Source: Candidatus Micrarchaeia archaeon (GTDB lineage: Archaea > Micrarchaeota > Micrarchaeia > Norongarragalinales > UBA8480). Taken from it: a stretch of DNA of 64,000 nucleotides. The notes beneath the pieces were generated by a model, which was given only the letters and a program-made list of their open reading frames with translations, was not told the DNA's origin and did no database searches. Within the stretch, counting starts at the first letter, position 1, and the number at the start of each line of letters is the position of its first letter. Location: NCBI GenBank assembly GCA_039794045.1, contig JBAMLY010000009.1, forward strand, positions 27,356 to 91,355, in the 5' to 3' direction. Shown piece after piece: positions 20,113 through 28,468 of this stretch. Made by a program: the position numbers and the translations under genes.

Positions 20113-21780
20113 TCAGGAAACAAAGCAGCTCTTCAAGTCCTCCATGACGTTCTCGTCGCTCAGCCGCGCATCGCATCCTCTGGCGCCGCGGTTGGCAAGG
20201 CAATACCATTCCTTGAGTTTTTCAGCAGAAGGAATCTCGCGCACGAGAACCTGGTTATTTATGAGTACTGCAGGTGCGCCATTTACTCCTGCTTGCGTGA
20301 CGAAGTCAGCGTCCCTCTCCAGTAAGAACTTGCCTTGCCTTTCAACGCAATCTGCAATCTTGGTGGCGTTGTAACCAGCTTGCACCGCGCAATCTTGCCA
20401 TGCCATGGAAGAATTGATTCCGCAAGCAACGTAGGCAGCGAAAGCGCTTGAATTAATCGAGAAAGCGCAAGCCTGGCGAGCGTCTTCGTCGAGTTCTGCG
20501 GCAGAAGCAGCGTACAAAGAGTTGTTCGCGTAGCGCTTGACAACGAAGCGAACGTCAAAAGAAGAGTTTTCAAGAGCGCTGGCAACGTCTCCCACGATCG
20601 CCGCCGCCACAGCAGAGGCGGGACACTTTCCCATCGCGAACAAAGTCAGTGAATTGTTCTTCGCTTGCCTTTGCAGGAACTTGGAGGGCGCAGTGGAAGC
20701 AATTGCTTTCCCGTTCTTGTCCGCGAAAACCAGTGCGGGACTCAACACATAGTAGCCTCCCACGCTCAACAAGTCGTCTTTAACTTTTTCGTAGCCCTCG
20801 CCTTTCTTTACGCTCTCGTCAAAGACAAAGGCTGGAACTCCAGTCAAGCCAAGGTAGCGCGCCTTGCCTGCGCCAGCAATTGTTGAAACGTCTTCGAATG
20901 ACGCGTTCAACCCCTTGAAGTAACCTTTTAAAACGCTTACCACTGGCTGCGCGTCGCAGGGACCACAAGAAGAGTCGGTGAAGACAGTCAAGTTTACTCG
21001 TTCTGCCGCGGAGTAAATGCATTTAGCTGAAAGCTTGCCAGCGTCAACGCACTTGCCAACCGCGCCTTCTCCTGCCGCGCACTCGAAGTCAGCCGAACAA
21101 GCTGGAATGCGCGCGCAAGCCTCGTGCGAGGGAATGACGCCGCAAACTGCTTGCATTACTGAAGTAACGGTTACTGGCTTCTGCAGCAAAGTCGTGTTTA
21201 CGTAAAGCACTGGCGCGTTGATGGCGCGTACTCTAAGCGCGCTCGCCACGCGAAAACTCTCTTCAAGCAACTGCTTGCCTTCTTGGCCCTCCGCGCACGC
21301 GCTTACCACGTCGTAGTCAACGCCAGTCTGCTTGCCGCAAGTCCTGCCGTCAATGCCGTTGGCGCGGCATGCTACAAAATCAAAAAAAATTTCAGGGTAA
21401 TGTTTTTGAGCGCAAGCTTGCCTGGCGTCCTCGGCGACTTCTTCTTCCCCACCCTGCGCACGGAAAGCGTAGCCCTCGAATGCCACCACGAAATACATTT
21501 GCAGGGAAACATTGGAACCAAATTCTTCGAGGACGCGCTTGACCGCAAGTTCTGCCTCCTGCGACTTAGAGTCAAGGCCGTTCACGAACAACTCAAGTTT
21601 TACTGGCTTGAATTCGTTGTGCTGCTGCGCAACCGGCTCCTTGAACAGGAAAGCAGCCGCTATGAATAATATTACTATTACTGCCGCGGCCGCGACCCAA
21701 ACGAGGGCGCCCGACTTCTCTAGCGTGGGCTGTTCCACGCGCTTTTCTGGCTTGGTTTTTTCCTTTCCTGTTTTCTTCAA
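20113..21780 (-). CDS. Membrane-anchored Cys-rich protein with tandem thioredoxin/DsbA-like (GILT-like) domains
   Basis: N-terminal TM, internal duplication (EDARQACA...AC...C...C..G..LL), CGPC motif and cis-Pro-like loops NAPVLYVN, GVPAFVF and GAPAVLIN. Confidence 0.7.
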   Translation of the reverse strand: MKKTGKEKTKPEKRVEQPTLEKSGALVWVAAAAVIVILFIAAAFLFKEPVAQQHNEFKPVKLELFVNGLDSKSQEAELAVKRVLEEFGSNVSLQMYFVVAFEGYAFRAQGGEEEVAEDARQACAQKHYPEIFFDFVACRANGIDGRTCGKQTGVDYDVVSACAEGQEGKQLLEESFRVASALRVRAINAPVLYVNTTLLQKPVTVTSVMQAVCGVIPSHEACARIPACSADFECAAGEGAVGKCVDAGKLSAKCIYSAAERVNLTVFTDSSCGPCDAQPVVSVLKGYFKGLNASFEDVSTIAGAGKARYLGLTGVPAFVFDESVKKGEGYEKVKDDLLSVGGYYVLSPALVFADKNGKAIASTAPSKFLQRQAKNNSLTLFAMGKCPASAVAAAIVGDVASALENSSFDVRFVVKRYANNSLYAASAAELDEDARQACAFSINSSAFAAYVACGINSSMAWQDCAVQAGYNATKIADCVERQGKFLLERDADFVTQAGVNGAPAVLINNQVLVREIPSAEKLKEWYCLANRGARGCDARLSDENVMEDLKSCFVS

Positions 21781-21809
21781 CGCGTCCCACCCTCAAACAA
21801 GTAAAAAAA

Positions 21810-21953
21810 TGCGGCTGCCGGGATTTTCAGACGGAAAAGCCTTTGCGGCCTTTCTTTTTCCGATGAACCCCTTCTCTTCCAGAAAAGGAGTTCTTTTGAA
21901 CCCGGGTCTCCAGATTGGCAATCTGACGTCCTACCAGGCTAGACTACAACCGC
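21810..21953 (-). tRNA. tRNA-Gly(GCC) with a 71-nt intron at 59/60 (intron 21824-21894)
   Basis: Acceptor GCGGTTG/CAGCCGC and anticodon arm TCAGA-TTGCCAA-TCTGG. The T-loop is restored to TTCAAAT by cleavage at TTCA-AA^A / TGAA-AA^T. Confidence 0.92.
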
Positions 21954-21954
21954 T

Positions 21955-23634
21955 TCAAAAATCGGAGTAAGGACGGCTTCGCTTCAGCACTAGTATTACT
22001 GCTACCACAATTAAAAGAATTGCGACTGCCAACCCCGCCAGCATTCGAGCGTCGACGCCTGCAACCACAAGCGATTCAGTGGATGGCGTTGAAGAAGCAA
22101 CTGGAGACTGCGCGGGAGGAATGCTGGCTTCCTGTCCAGAGAAAGACAAGACAAACTTTTGCGAGAAGGAACGCTTGCCGAAAACAACCCTGATTTCTCC
22201 CTCGTGGTTTCCAGGCGCGGGCAAAGGAAAAGCAAACTCGAACCTCTTCTTTTCTCCCACCTTCAAAGAAAAAGACTGCCTCTCCTCTGCTCCGTCCAGA
22301 AAAGCGTAAACGCTCGCCCCGCTTATGTCCTCGCCGCCCTTGTTACGCAACACGCACACTAACTTAAAAGAGTCCCCAGAAGAAAGATAAGAGAGCTCGC
22401 TTACTTCCACGCCCTCGGCCAACGAAACAGCGCCGCCCTTGCGAGCCGTAATGTTGGCTTGCGCTTGCGCGCCCAAGCTCGTCACGGAAACAGGGAAAGT
22501 GTAAACATAGTTTTCAGCAAGCGAGGAAGGCACTACCACGGTCCAGTTCACTTCAGTTTCCTCCCCAGCCCGCAAGAACAAGAGCCTGTCCTTCTCGTCG
22601 ACCACCTTCATTTCAACTGGTGTGGTGGGAACAGAGAGCGACAAAGGCACAGCCAAGTCTCGTGCGGCGCGCACGCGCGCGGAAACGACTGCAATCGAGC
22701 CCTCGCCAAGCGCCTGGGAAGGCACTGAAACGTTGAGGGAAACCAGGCCAGGAAAACCTTGCTTGGAAGCAAAAGAAAGCGAAGCGCCGCGCTCTATGCG
22801 GGCGAGAGACAAGTCCAAAGACCTTCCCTTGCCAGTGATTTCTTCGCGGACTCCGTCTTGGTCGACTGCCTGCGCGAACTTCAAGTGAGTAGCGTCGAGA
22901 ACCACTCCCTCGCCGTAAGTCGCGTCGAATGGAACCCACTTGCCGTCTATTGCTGCCTCAACCCAAGCGTGCGGACCCCAGTCGTCGCCAGTGAAGACAA
23001 AGCCTGCCACGAAGCGCGCGGGAATCCCTTGCGAGCGAAGCATCGCAATCAGCAAGTGAGAGTATTCGCTGCACTTTCCTTTTCTCTGCTCGAAGGCCTC
23101 CTGCGACGTTAAGAGGTTGTCCCTGTAAAAACCGAGCCCCTCGTACTCTAACGCGTTGTGAACCCATTCAGTCAAGCGCGTTGCTTTCACCCAATCACTT
23201 GCGTTCCCTGCCACTTCCGCTGCCTTGGAACGAATTTCCGGGGAAATTAGTACGTACTCGCTTTCACCCAAGTAACGCTGCGCCTCGGAAGCGCTAGCTT
23301 CTTGAAAGCCGCGCGAGTAGTCCACGGAAATGCGAGCATTCAAGTAAACCTGGCTTGGCTTCGCGCTGGAATCTAACGCGAAAACAATTACGTGGTTGCC
23401 GAAAGCGTCTTCACTCGCAGAAAAAGGAGAAAAAGCAAGAATTTCGCGGGCTTGGTGCGCGTCACTAAAAAAATCGTAGGACTTCAACTGTAAATCGCTC
23501 GCCGCCTGCCCCCCTAAGTCCACTGCCCAAGAAAGGCGGGCGTCTACTACAGCGCTGCCAATCATTTTCGGCGAGAAATCGATTGCGGCCGCCAACCCCG
23601 AAAGCAACACTAAGGCGAACACGAAGCGCTTCAT
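21955..23634 (-). CDS. Transglutaminase-like domain exported protein with C-terminal Ig-like domains and TM anchor
   Basis: Catalytic triad motifs GKCSEYS, HAWVE and WVPFDAT; signal peptide; C-terminal TM helix. Confidence 0.88.
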   Translation of the reverse strand: MKRFVFALVLLSGLAAAIDFSPKMIGSAVVDARLSWAVDLGGQAASDLQLKSYDFFSDAHQAREILAFSPFSASEDAFGNHVIVFALDSSAKPSQVYLNARISVDYSRGFQEASASEAQRYLGESEYVLISPEIRSKAAEVAGNASDWVKATRLTEWVHNALEYEGLGFYRDNLLTSQEAFEQRKGKCSEYSHLLIAMLRSQGIPARFVAGFVFTGDDWGPHAWVEAAIDGKWVPFDATYGEGVVLDATHLKFAQAVDQDGVREEITGKGRSLDLSLARIERGASLSFASKQGFPGLVSLNVSVPSQALGEGSIAVVSARVRAARDLAVPLSLSVPTTPVEMKVVDEKDRLLFLRAGEETEVNWTVVVPSSLAENYVYTFPVSVTSLGAQAQANITARKGGAVSLAEGVEVSELSYLSSGDSFKLVCVLRNKGGEDISGASVYAFLDGAEERQSFSLKVGEKKRFEFAFPLPAPGNHEGEIRVVFGKRSFSQKFVLSFSGQEASIPPAQSPVASSTPSTESLVVAGVDARMLAGLAVAILLIVVAVILVLKRSRPYSDF

Positions 23635-23687
23635 GAAATTAGTTTGGCGCTCTTCAATTAAAAAGAATGCGAAAAAGAAAAAAAGAG

Positions 23688-23795
23688 TGCCGCTGGTGTG
23701 ATTTGAACACACGACATACCGGTCTTCAGCTTCGTCACCCCCGGCGCTTGACGCGCCGCGGATTCGGACGCTCTCCCAGTCTGAGCTACAGCGGC
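23688..23795 (-). tRNA. tRNA-Phe(GAA) with a 34-nt intron at 30/31 (intron 23731-23764)
   Basis: GCCGCTG/CAGCGGC acceptor and T-arm GTGTG-TTCAAAT-CACAC. Strict BHB CGTC-CG^A / GACG-AA^G gives anticodon loop CTGAAGA. Confidence 0.92.
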
Positions 23796-23823
23796 ATGCA
23801 AGAAGTTATTTGGGCAGCCAACC

Positions 23824-23829
23824 TTTAAA
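23824..23829. promoter_or_regulatory. Shared TATA-like box (TTTAAA) between divergent tRNA-Phe and tRNA-Val
   Basis: Palindromic TTTAAA lies about 27-34 bp upstream of both tRNA 5' ends in a 60-bp spacer. Confidence 0.5.
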
Positions 23830-23855
23830 ACAATTCTGCGTCTTATTAATTTCAA

Positions 23856-24051
23856 GGGCCCGTAGTCGATTGGCTAAGACGCCTGTCTTACACAACCTTT
23901 TTTGCTATGCAATCACGCTTGGGCGCTCTTGCTGCGCAAAAAGCGTTGACGAAAAAGCAAGAAGGGTGTAGAAACAGGAGATGCGGAGTTCGATTCGAGC
24001 AATCAAAAGCGCGCGTCTCTTCGCTTGCTCGCGAACATCTCCGCGGGCCCA
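23856..24051 (+). tRNA. tRNA-Val(TAC) with two introns: anticodon loop (about 23894-23973, 38/39 best fit, 37/38 possible) and T-loop 59/60 (23995-24037)
   Basis: GGGCCCG/CGGGCCC acceptor, CCTGT/ACAGG anticodon stem and CGGAG/CTCCG T-stem. Strict BHB TTCG-AT^T / CGAA-CA^T in the T-loop. Confidence 0.9.
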
Positions 24052-24129
24052 CTCACGGCGGCGGGGAACCAAGGTTCTCCGTTAAGTCGAGTGCTCGTTT
24101 TCTTGCAAGCAGAGAAAGAGTGGTTTAAG

Positions 24130-24251
24130 CGGACCCACTGGGATTCGAACCCAGGTCAAGAGCTGTCTGCAATCAGTCTGCCGCGAGCGCGGCAGTCATG
24201 AGACCGCGATTTCCGCAAGCTCCCATTCTATCCAGGCTGAACTATGGGTCC
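24130..24251 (-). tRNA. tRNA-Arg(GCG) with a canonical 37/38 intron, 48 nt (24165-24212)
   Basis: GGACCCA/TGGGTCC acceptor, GGAGC/GCTCT anticodon stem, BHB TTGC-GG^A / GCAG-AC^A and T-loop TTCGAAT. Confidence 0.92.
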
Positions 24252-24380
24252 TCGTTTGTTGCGCCGTGCTGGGGGACGGCAATAGTTTTTTGCAGGACAA
24301 CCTATAAAAACAACTTGTTGCAGAATATTGTCCGCTGCTTTTCGTCGTTCGCGTTTGAAGCAGTGTTTTGGTGGTCTGCA

Positions 24381-24530
24381 ATGGCTTTTTGCTCGAGTTG
24401 TGGTAGGGAAACGAGTGACTACACTAAGTTTCCTTGCCCGAACGCGTCCTGCAACGAGGTCGTGGTTAGGTGCAAGCCTTGCCGCGAGAACGAAGTTTCT
24501 TACGAGTGCTGCGGCTTTAAAGGTCCTTGA
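24381..24530 (+). CDS. Small Zn-ribbon protein (DUF1610-like)
   Basis: CSSCG...FPCP..C....RC..CR....YEC.GFKGP, located upstream of EF-1beta as is typical. Confidence 0.85.
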   Translation: MAFCSSCGRETSDYTKFPCPNASCNEVVVRCKPCRENEVSYECCGFKGP

Positions 24531-24958
24531 TTGCGATGACTGGGCGCGTGATGGCTTTCGGTACTTTTGACGTGCTTCACTTGGGCCACCTCAAGTTTTT
24601 TGAGGCGGCTCGGCGGCTGGGAAGCGAGCTCGTCGTCGTGGTGGCGCGCGACTGGATAGTCGAGAAAGTAAAAGGGCGAAAGCCTTTTTTTTCTGAGGGC
24701 GAGCGGCTTGAACTCGTTTCAGCGCTCAAGCCGGTAGACAAGGCCGTGCTCGGCTGCGAGGGAAACAAGTACGAAGTGATAAAACGCTTCAAGCCAGATG
24801 TAGTGGTGTTGGGCTACGACCAAAAAGATGACGCAAGGGTTTTGCGTGCGAAGCTTGACGAGATGGGCTTGAAGAAGACGAGGGTTGTTCGCTTGAAGCC
24901 TTTCGCGACGGGCAAGCACAAGAGTTCGCGAGTGAAAGAGTTTTTGAGGAAGTGTTGA
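24527..24958 (+). CDS. ribL: Archaeal FAD synthase / cytidylyltransferase family
   Basis: FGTFDVLHLGH (HxGH), VVVVARD, KPDVVVLGYDQ and SSRVKE. Confidence 0.85.
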   Translation: MIAMTGRVMAFGTFDVLHLGHLKFFEAARRLGSELVVVVARDWIVEKVKGRKPFFSEGERLELVSALKPVDKAVLGCEGNKYEVIKRFKPDVVVLGYDQKDDARVLRAKLDEMGLKKTRVVRLKPFATGKHKSSRVKEFLRKC

Positions 24959-24971
24959 CGTGGTGGTTTGA

Positions 24972-25220
24972 ATGGGTAAAGTTATGACTGTAATGAAGAT
25001 TTATCCTTGCGAGGGAGCTGACTTGACCAAGTTGCTTGACGCTGTTTACTCGGTCAAGGGGTGCAATTCTGCCAAGATAGAGGAATTCGTTTTCGGCGCC
25101 AAGATTTTGAAGGCTTCCTTTATTTGCGACGACAAAGAAGGAGTGGACTTCGAGGAAATAGTCAAGAAGATTGAAGGCGTCAGCGAGGTTCAAGTGGACG
25201 AAGTCGGCTTGATTAGTTGA
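24972..25220 (+). CDS. ef1b: Translation elongation factor 1-beta
   Basis: MGKV...MKIYP, EEFVFG.K.L and IEGVSEVQV. Confidence 0.9.
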   Translation: MGKVMTVMKIYPCEGADLTKLLDAVYSVKGCNSAKIEEFVFGAKILKASFICDDKEGVDFEEIVKKIEGVSEVQVDEVGLIS

Positions 25221-25708
25221 TGGCGTGGTTTCTTGCGCGAGACTAGCCTTTTTATTCTAGCAGCAGTCGCTTTTATTTCGCGCCAGTGCGTTCCCTTCCA
25301 ATAGATTTTGCCGCATGCGGTGCACTGCCAGAATTCGCGGTGGCGCTTGAATACTCTTGGGAACACGTGGTTTTTCACTGTCTGCTTTGACACTCTCTTT
25401 ATTTCTCCGCCGCAGGCGGGGCACAGTGAGCGCTTTGAGAGAGGCTTCAACTCGAGCGCGAATTCTGCTGCGACTTCAGCGAACTGGTTTTCAAGGTTGT
25501 TTGACTTAACTAGGAATGCCTTGCAGTAGTCTCTTGCCTTGCGCGCTAGTTCTTCGTCGCGCGTTAAAAGAATTCGGTTGCTGTTAATTGCTTTGCGTAA
25601 AACTTCCTCGTCTTCCGCGTCCTTTCCTGCGTACTCGCAGTCAAAACCGAGGATGCGCAGCCACCTGCATAGTTTTCCAAGCATTGAGTCCGCGAAAAAC
25701 TTTTTCAA
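25190..25708 (-). CDS. Mut7-C RNase (PIN-like) domain protein
   Basis: FFADSMLGKLCRWLRILGFD, ILLTRD, C..CG and C..CGKIYWKGTHW. Confidence 0.92.
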   Translation of the reverse strand: MKKFFADSMLGKLCRWLRILGFDCEYAGKDAEDEEVLRKAINSNRILLTRDEELARKARDYCKAFLVKSNNLENQFAEVAAEFALELKPLSKRSLCPACGGEIKRVSKQTVKNHVFPRVFKRHREFWQCTACGKIYWKGTHWREIKATAARIKRLVSRKKPRHQLIKPTSST

Positions 25709-25829
25709 GTGATTTCGCCTTGCGCAGATACTTCAAGCATTCCTCGCAAGTATTGCGTTGTTTGCTGGTTTTTAATTTTGTGCAGCGCCGAAAAAGGGCT
25801 TTAAAGCAACGCGGACTCAATTTATTGCA

Positions 25830-28466
25830 ATGATTTCTTCACTGAAGTTGAGGCACTGGAAGTCGCACGAGAAAACCGAGCTTTCCTTTGGCGCCGGCAC
25901 TAACTTGATAGTGGGCGCTATGGGGAGCGGCAAGACGAGCTTGATGGACGCGATTTGCTTTGCGTTGTACGGCACTTTTCCCGCTCTGCGCAGTCGCAAG
26001 ATTACGCTGGATGAAGTGGTGATGCTGCGCCCGAGAAAGTATGATTCCGCGGAAGTTGAACTGCGCTTTCAGGCGGGGGGAAAGACTTTCACGGTTTCGC
26101 GGGTGGTAAGGAAGGGTGCTACTGAGGCGTTCTTGCGCGACTCGGACTCTCGCTTGATTGAAGGCCCTCAAAGCCAGCGAGTTACTGAAGCGGTAGAGGA
26201 CTTGCTGAAAGTGGACTACGAGTTGTTCACGCGAAGCATTTACGCAGAACAAAACCGCATTGACTACTTCATTGCGCTCGGCAAGGGCGAGCGCAAGAAG
26301 CAAATAGACGAGTTGCTGGGAATAGACAAGTTCGAGACCGCGCGCGCCACGGCAGGCGCGGTGGCCAACAAACTGAAGTCGCTTAAGGCCCAGTCGCAGG
26401 GCTTGCTTCAAGGAATGGACTTCGAGGGAATGCGAAAGGAAAAAGAATTGCTTGAAGGCGAGCTTGGCTCGCTGCAATCCCGCGCTGCTGCCGCAAGCGA
26501 GGAGCTCGCGCTAGCACAGGAAAAAGCCGGAAAGCAAAAGAAACTCGTTGCACAACTGGAGGAAAGCGAGGCGAGGGCGAGCCAACTCGAGAAACGCAAG
26601 GCCGCCGCCGAGGCTTCGTTGTCCGAGCTTTCAGCAGAACTGGAACGCAAAAAAAGGTTTTTTGGGAGGAAAGTCACGCGCGCGGAGTTGGAAGGAAAGA
26701 ACGCCTTGGAACGCGAGCTCGAAGGACTGCGCAACGCGCGCGCTGAAGCCGCCGAGCTAGACAAGAAGCTCGAGCGCTTGCGTGGAGAAAAAGAGGCAGT
26801 GGAATCTCAGTTAAAGGAATTCTCTTCGTTGAAGTCTTATTCTCTTGAAGGAGCAAGAGAGCAAGCGCAGAAGCTTTCGCGCGAGGTTGAAGTCAAGCGT
26901 GCTGAGGCGAGAAGGCTCTCGGAAGCAATTGCTTCCTTGAAGGCGGATGGTGCTTCTGCGGCGAGAGAGGCTGCGGAGGCGCGAGAGAAGGGAGGACAGC
27001 TTCGCGTACTCGTTTCAGCTTTCCAGGAAAAGCTTTCTGCTTTGGGTGGCTTGAATGCCGTGCGAGAAAAGCAAGTCCGTTCAGAGGAGAGGCTGGCTGG
27101 CGTTCGCAGGGAGTTAGAGGAAGCCCTTGTTTCAGTTGAAGTTGCTTCAACTGCTCTCGGCTCGCTTAAGGCGGGAACGGGAGAGTGTCCGGTGTGTGGT
27201 TCTCCTTTGTCGGACGAAAAAGTGGTTTCACTTAAGCGCGAGAAGGAGGGCGCGCGGGCTGCCGCTGTAGAAAAAGCGCGTCGTTTGCAGGAAGAACGCG
27301 CTTTGCTTGAAGGAGAGCTCGCCGAATTAAAGCAGGTTTTAGCTGATGCTGCCGCGTTCGAGGAAAAGAAAGTCGAGCTCGCGGTACTCGAAGAACGCGT
27401 GAAAGCCCTTGAAGCTAAGGCAAGGAAGGCAGCCGGCGAGGCGGCGCAGTTGGCGGAAGCCGCGAATGCTTTAAACGCAGAAATTGCGTCGCTAGAGGAA
27501 AGCTTGTCGCGCGCTCGCGCCGAGAAAGACAAGCTAGAATTGAAGGAAAGGCTTTCCGCCCAGCTTTCTCGTTTGACAGCAGAAGAACAGCGCTTGCAGG
27601 CTCTAGCGGCAGCGTGCGCCAAGCGTTTTTCTGAGCAAAAAATTCTTGAAACAGAGAAAAAGATTGAAGAGCTTCGTGCGGCAGAAGAGTTTTTCCGCGT
27701 TGAAGACGCTGTTGCAGAAGCGCGAAAGCGGTTGGAGGATGCAACGCGAGAGCTTTCCGTTCTCGGTTTTGAAGCGGCGCAGCTTGCTAGCGCGCGCCAG
27801 GTGTTGTCCTCGCTTGAAGCGCAGGCAAGCGTTCTTCGCGCTGAGTCGCGTTCGCTTGCCGAGTTGTTGAAAGAGAAGAGGAAGAGGCTTGACTCGGTTC
27901 AGTCGCGTCTTTCACTCCTTGAACAGCGCAGGAATGAAATCGCTTTGCTTTCTTCGCTTGTAGAAGAACTTTCTTGTTTCCAGGAAGCGCTCGTGCAGAC
28001 GCAGGCGGAGTTGAGGCAGGAGCTCGTGGCCGCTGTCAACGAGGCAATGTCTTCTCTGTGGCGCTCGCTTTACCCTTACGGCGACTATTCTTCGTTGATG
28101 TTGGAGTGCAGCGAGGACGACTATTCTTTGAAGTTGCAGGCTTCGAGTGGCGAGTGGGTTGGAATTGAAGAGGCTTCAGGGGGGGAAAAGAGTTGCGCTT
28201 CGCTGGCGTTGCGCGTGGCGTTCGCGATGGTGCTGACGCCTAATTTGAGTTGGCTGGTTTTGGACGAGCCAACACACAACCTTGACTCGCAGGCGGTGAG
28301 CTTGCTCGTGAGCGTCTTGCACGACGAGATTCCTAAGATAGTGCAACAGACTTTCATAATAACGCACGACGAGGCGTTGAAGGAGGGGGCGAGCGCAAAG
28401 GTTTACCGCGTCGAGCGCGACAAGGAGCGGGGAGACGCCAGCGTCGTGGAAGAGCTCTTTGTTTGA
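25830..28466 (+). CDS. rad50: Rad50/SbcC-type SMC ATPase
   Basis: Walker A GAMGSGKTS, long coiled coil with central zinc hook CPVC, signature SGGE and Walker B/D-loop LDEPTHNLD. Confidence 0.92.
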   Translation: MISSLKLRHWKSHEKTELSFGAGTNLIVGAMGSGKTSLMDAICFALYGTFPALRSRKITLDEVVMLRPRKYDSAEVELRFQAGGKTFTVSRVVRKGATEAFLRDSDSRLIEGPQSQRVTEAVEDLLKVDYELFTRSIYAEQNRIDYFIALGKGERKKQIDELLGIDKFETARATAGAVANKLKSLKAQSQGLLQGMDFEGMRKEKELLEGELGSLQSRAAAASEELALAQEKAGKQKKLVAQLEESEARASQLEKRKAAAEASLSELSAELERKKRFFGRKVTRAELEGKNALERELEGLRNARAEAAELDKKLERLRGEKEAVESQLKEFSSLKSYSLEGAREQAQKLSREVEVKRAEARRLSEAIASLKADGASAAREAAEAREKGGQLRVLVSAFQEKLSALGGLNAVREKQVRSEERLAGVRRELEEALVSVEVASTALGSLKAGTGECPVCGSPLSDEKVVSLKREKEGARAAAVEKARRLQEERALLEGELAELKQVLADAAAFEEKKVELAVLEERVKALEAKARKAAGEAAQLAEAANALNAEIASLEESLSRARAEKDKLELKERLSAQLSRLTAEEQRLQALAAACAKRFSEQKILETEKKIEELRAAEEFFRVEDAVAEARKRLEDATRELSVLGFEAAQLASARQVLSSLEAQASVLRAESRSLAELLKEKRKRLDSVQSRLSLLEQRRNEIALLSSLVEELSCFQEALVQTQAELRQELVAAVNEAMSSLWRSLYPYGDYSSLMLECSEDDYSLKLQASSGEWVGIEEASGGEKSCASLALRVAFAMVLTPNLSWLVLDEPTHNLDSQAVSLLVSVLHDEIPKIVQQTFIITHDEALKEGASAKVYRVERDKERGDASVVEELFV

Positions 28467-28468
28467 AG

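Noticed and set aside
24058..24085. Hairpin GCGGGGAACC-AA-GGTTCTCCGT between the convergent tRNA-Val and tRNA-Arg genes as an ncRNA
   Set aside because: It is too short and has no recognisable family features. It could simply be trailer or terminator structure.
23907..24128. 73-aa ORF, and the N-terminal extensions of ORFs 21955..23712 and 24198..24530
   Set aside because: They overlap tRNA genes, so they are spurious or need downstream starts.
21810..24251. tRNA-anchored integrated element or tRNA pseudogenes
   Set aside because: There is no integrase and no duplicated tRNA 3' end. The insertions have BHB-type splice motifs that restore normal tRNAs.
25190..25708. Mut7-C PIN-like gene as a toxin-antitoxin module
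   Set aside because: No adjacent antitoxin-like gene is present, and the stand-alone form is common in archaea.
26837..27622. Long antisense ORFs here and elsewhere (e.g. 14140..14763, 30425..31150)
   Set aside because: They are shadow frames of well-supported genes and have no motifs of their own.
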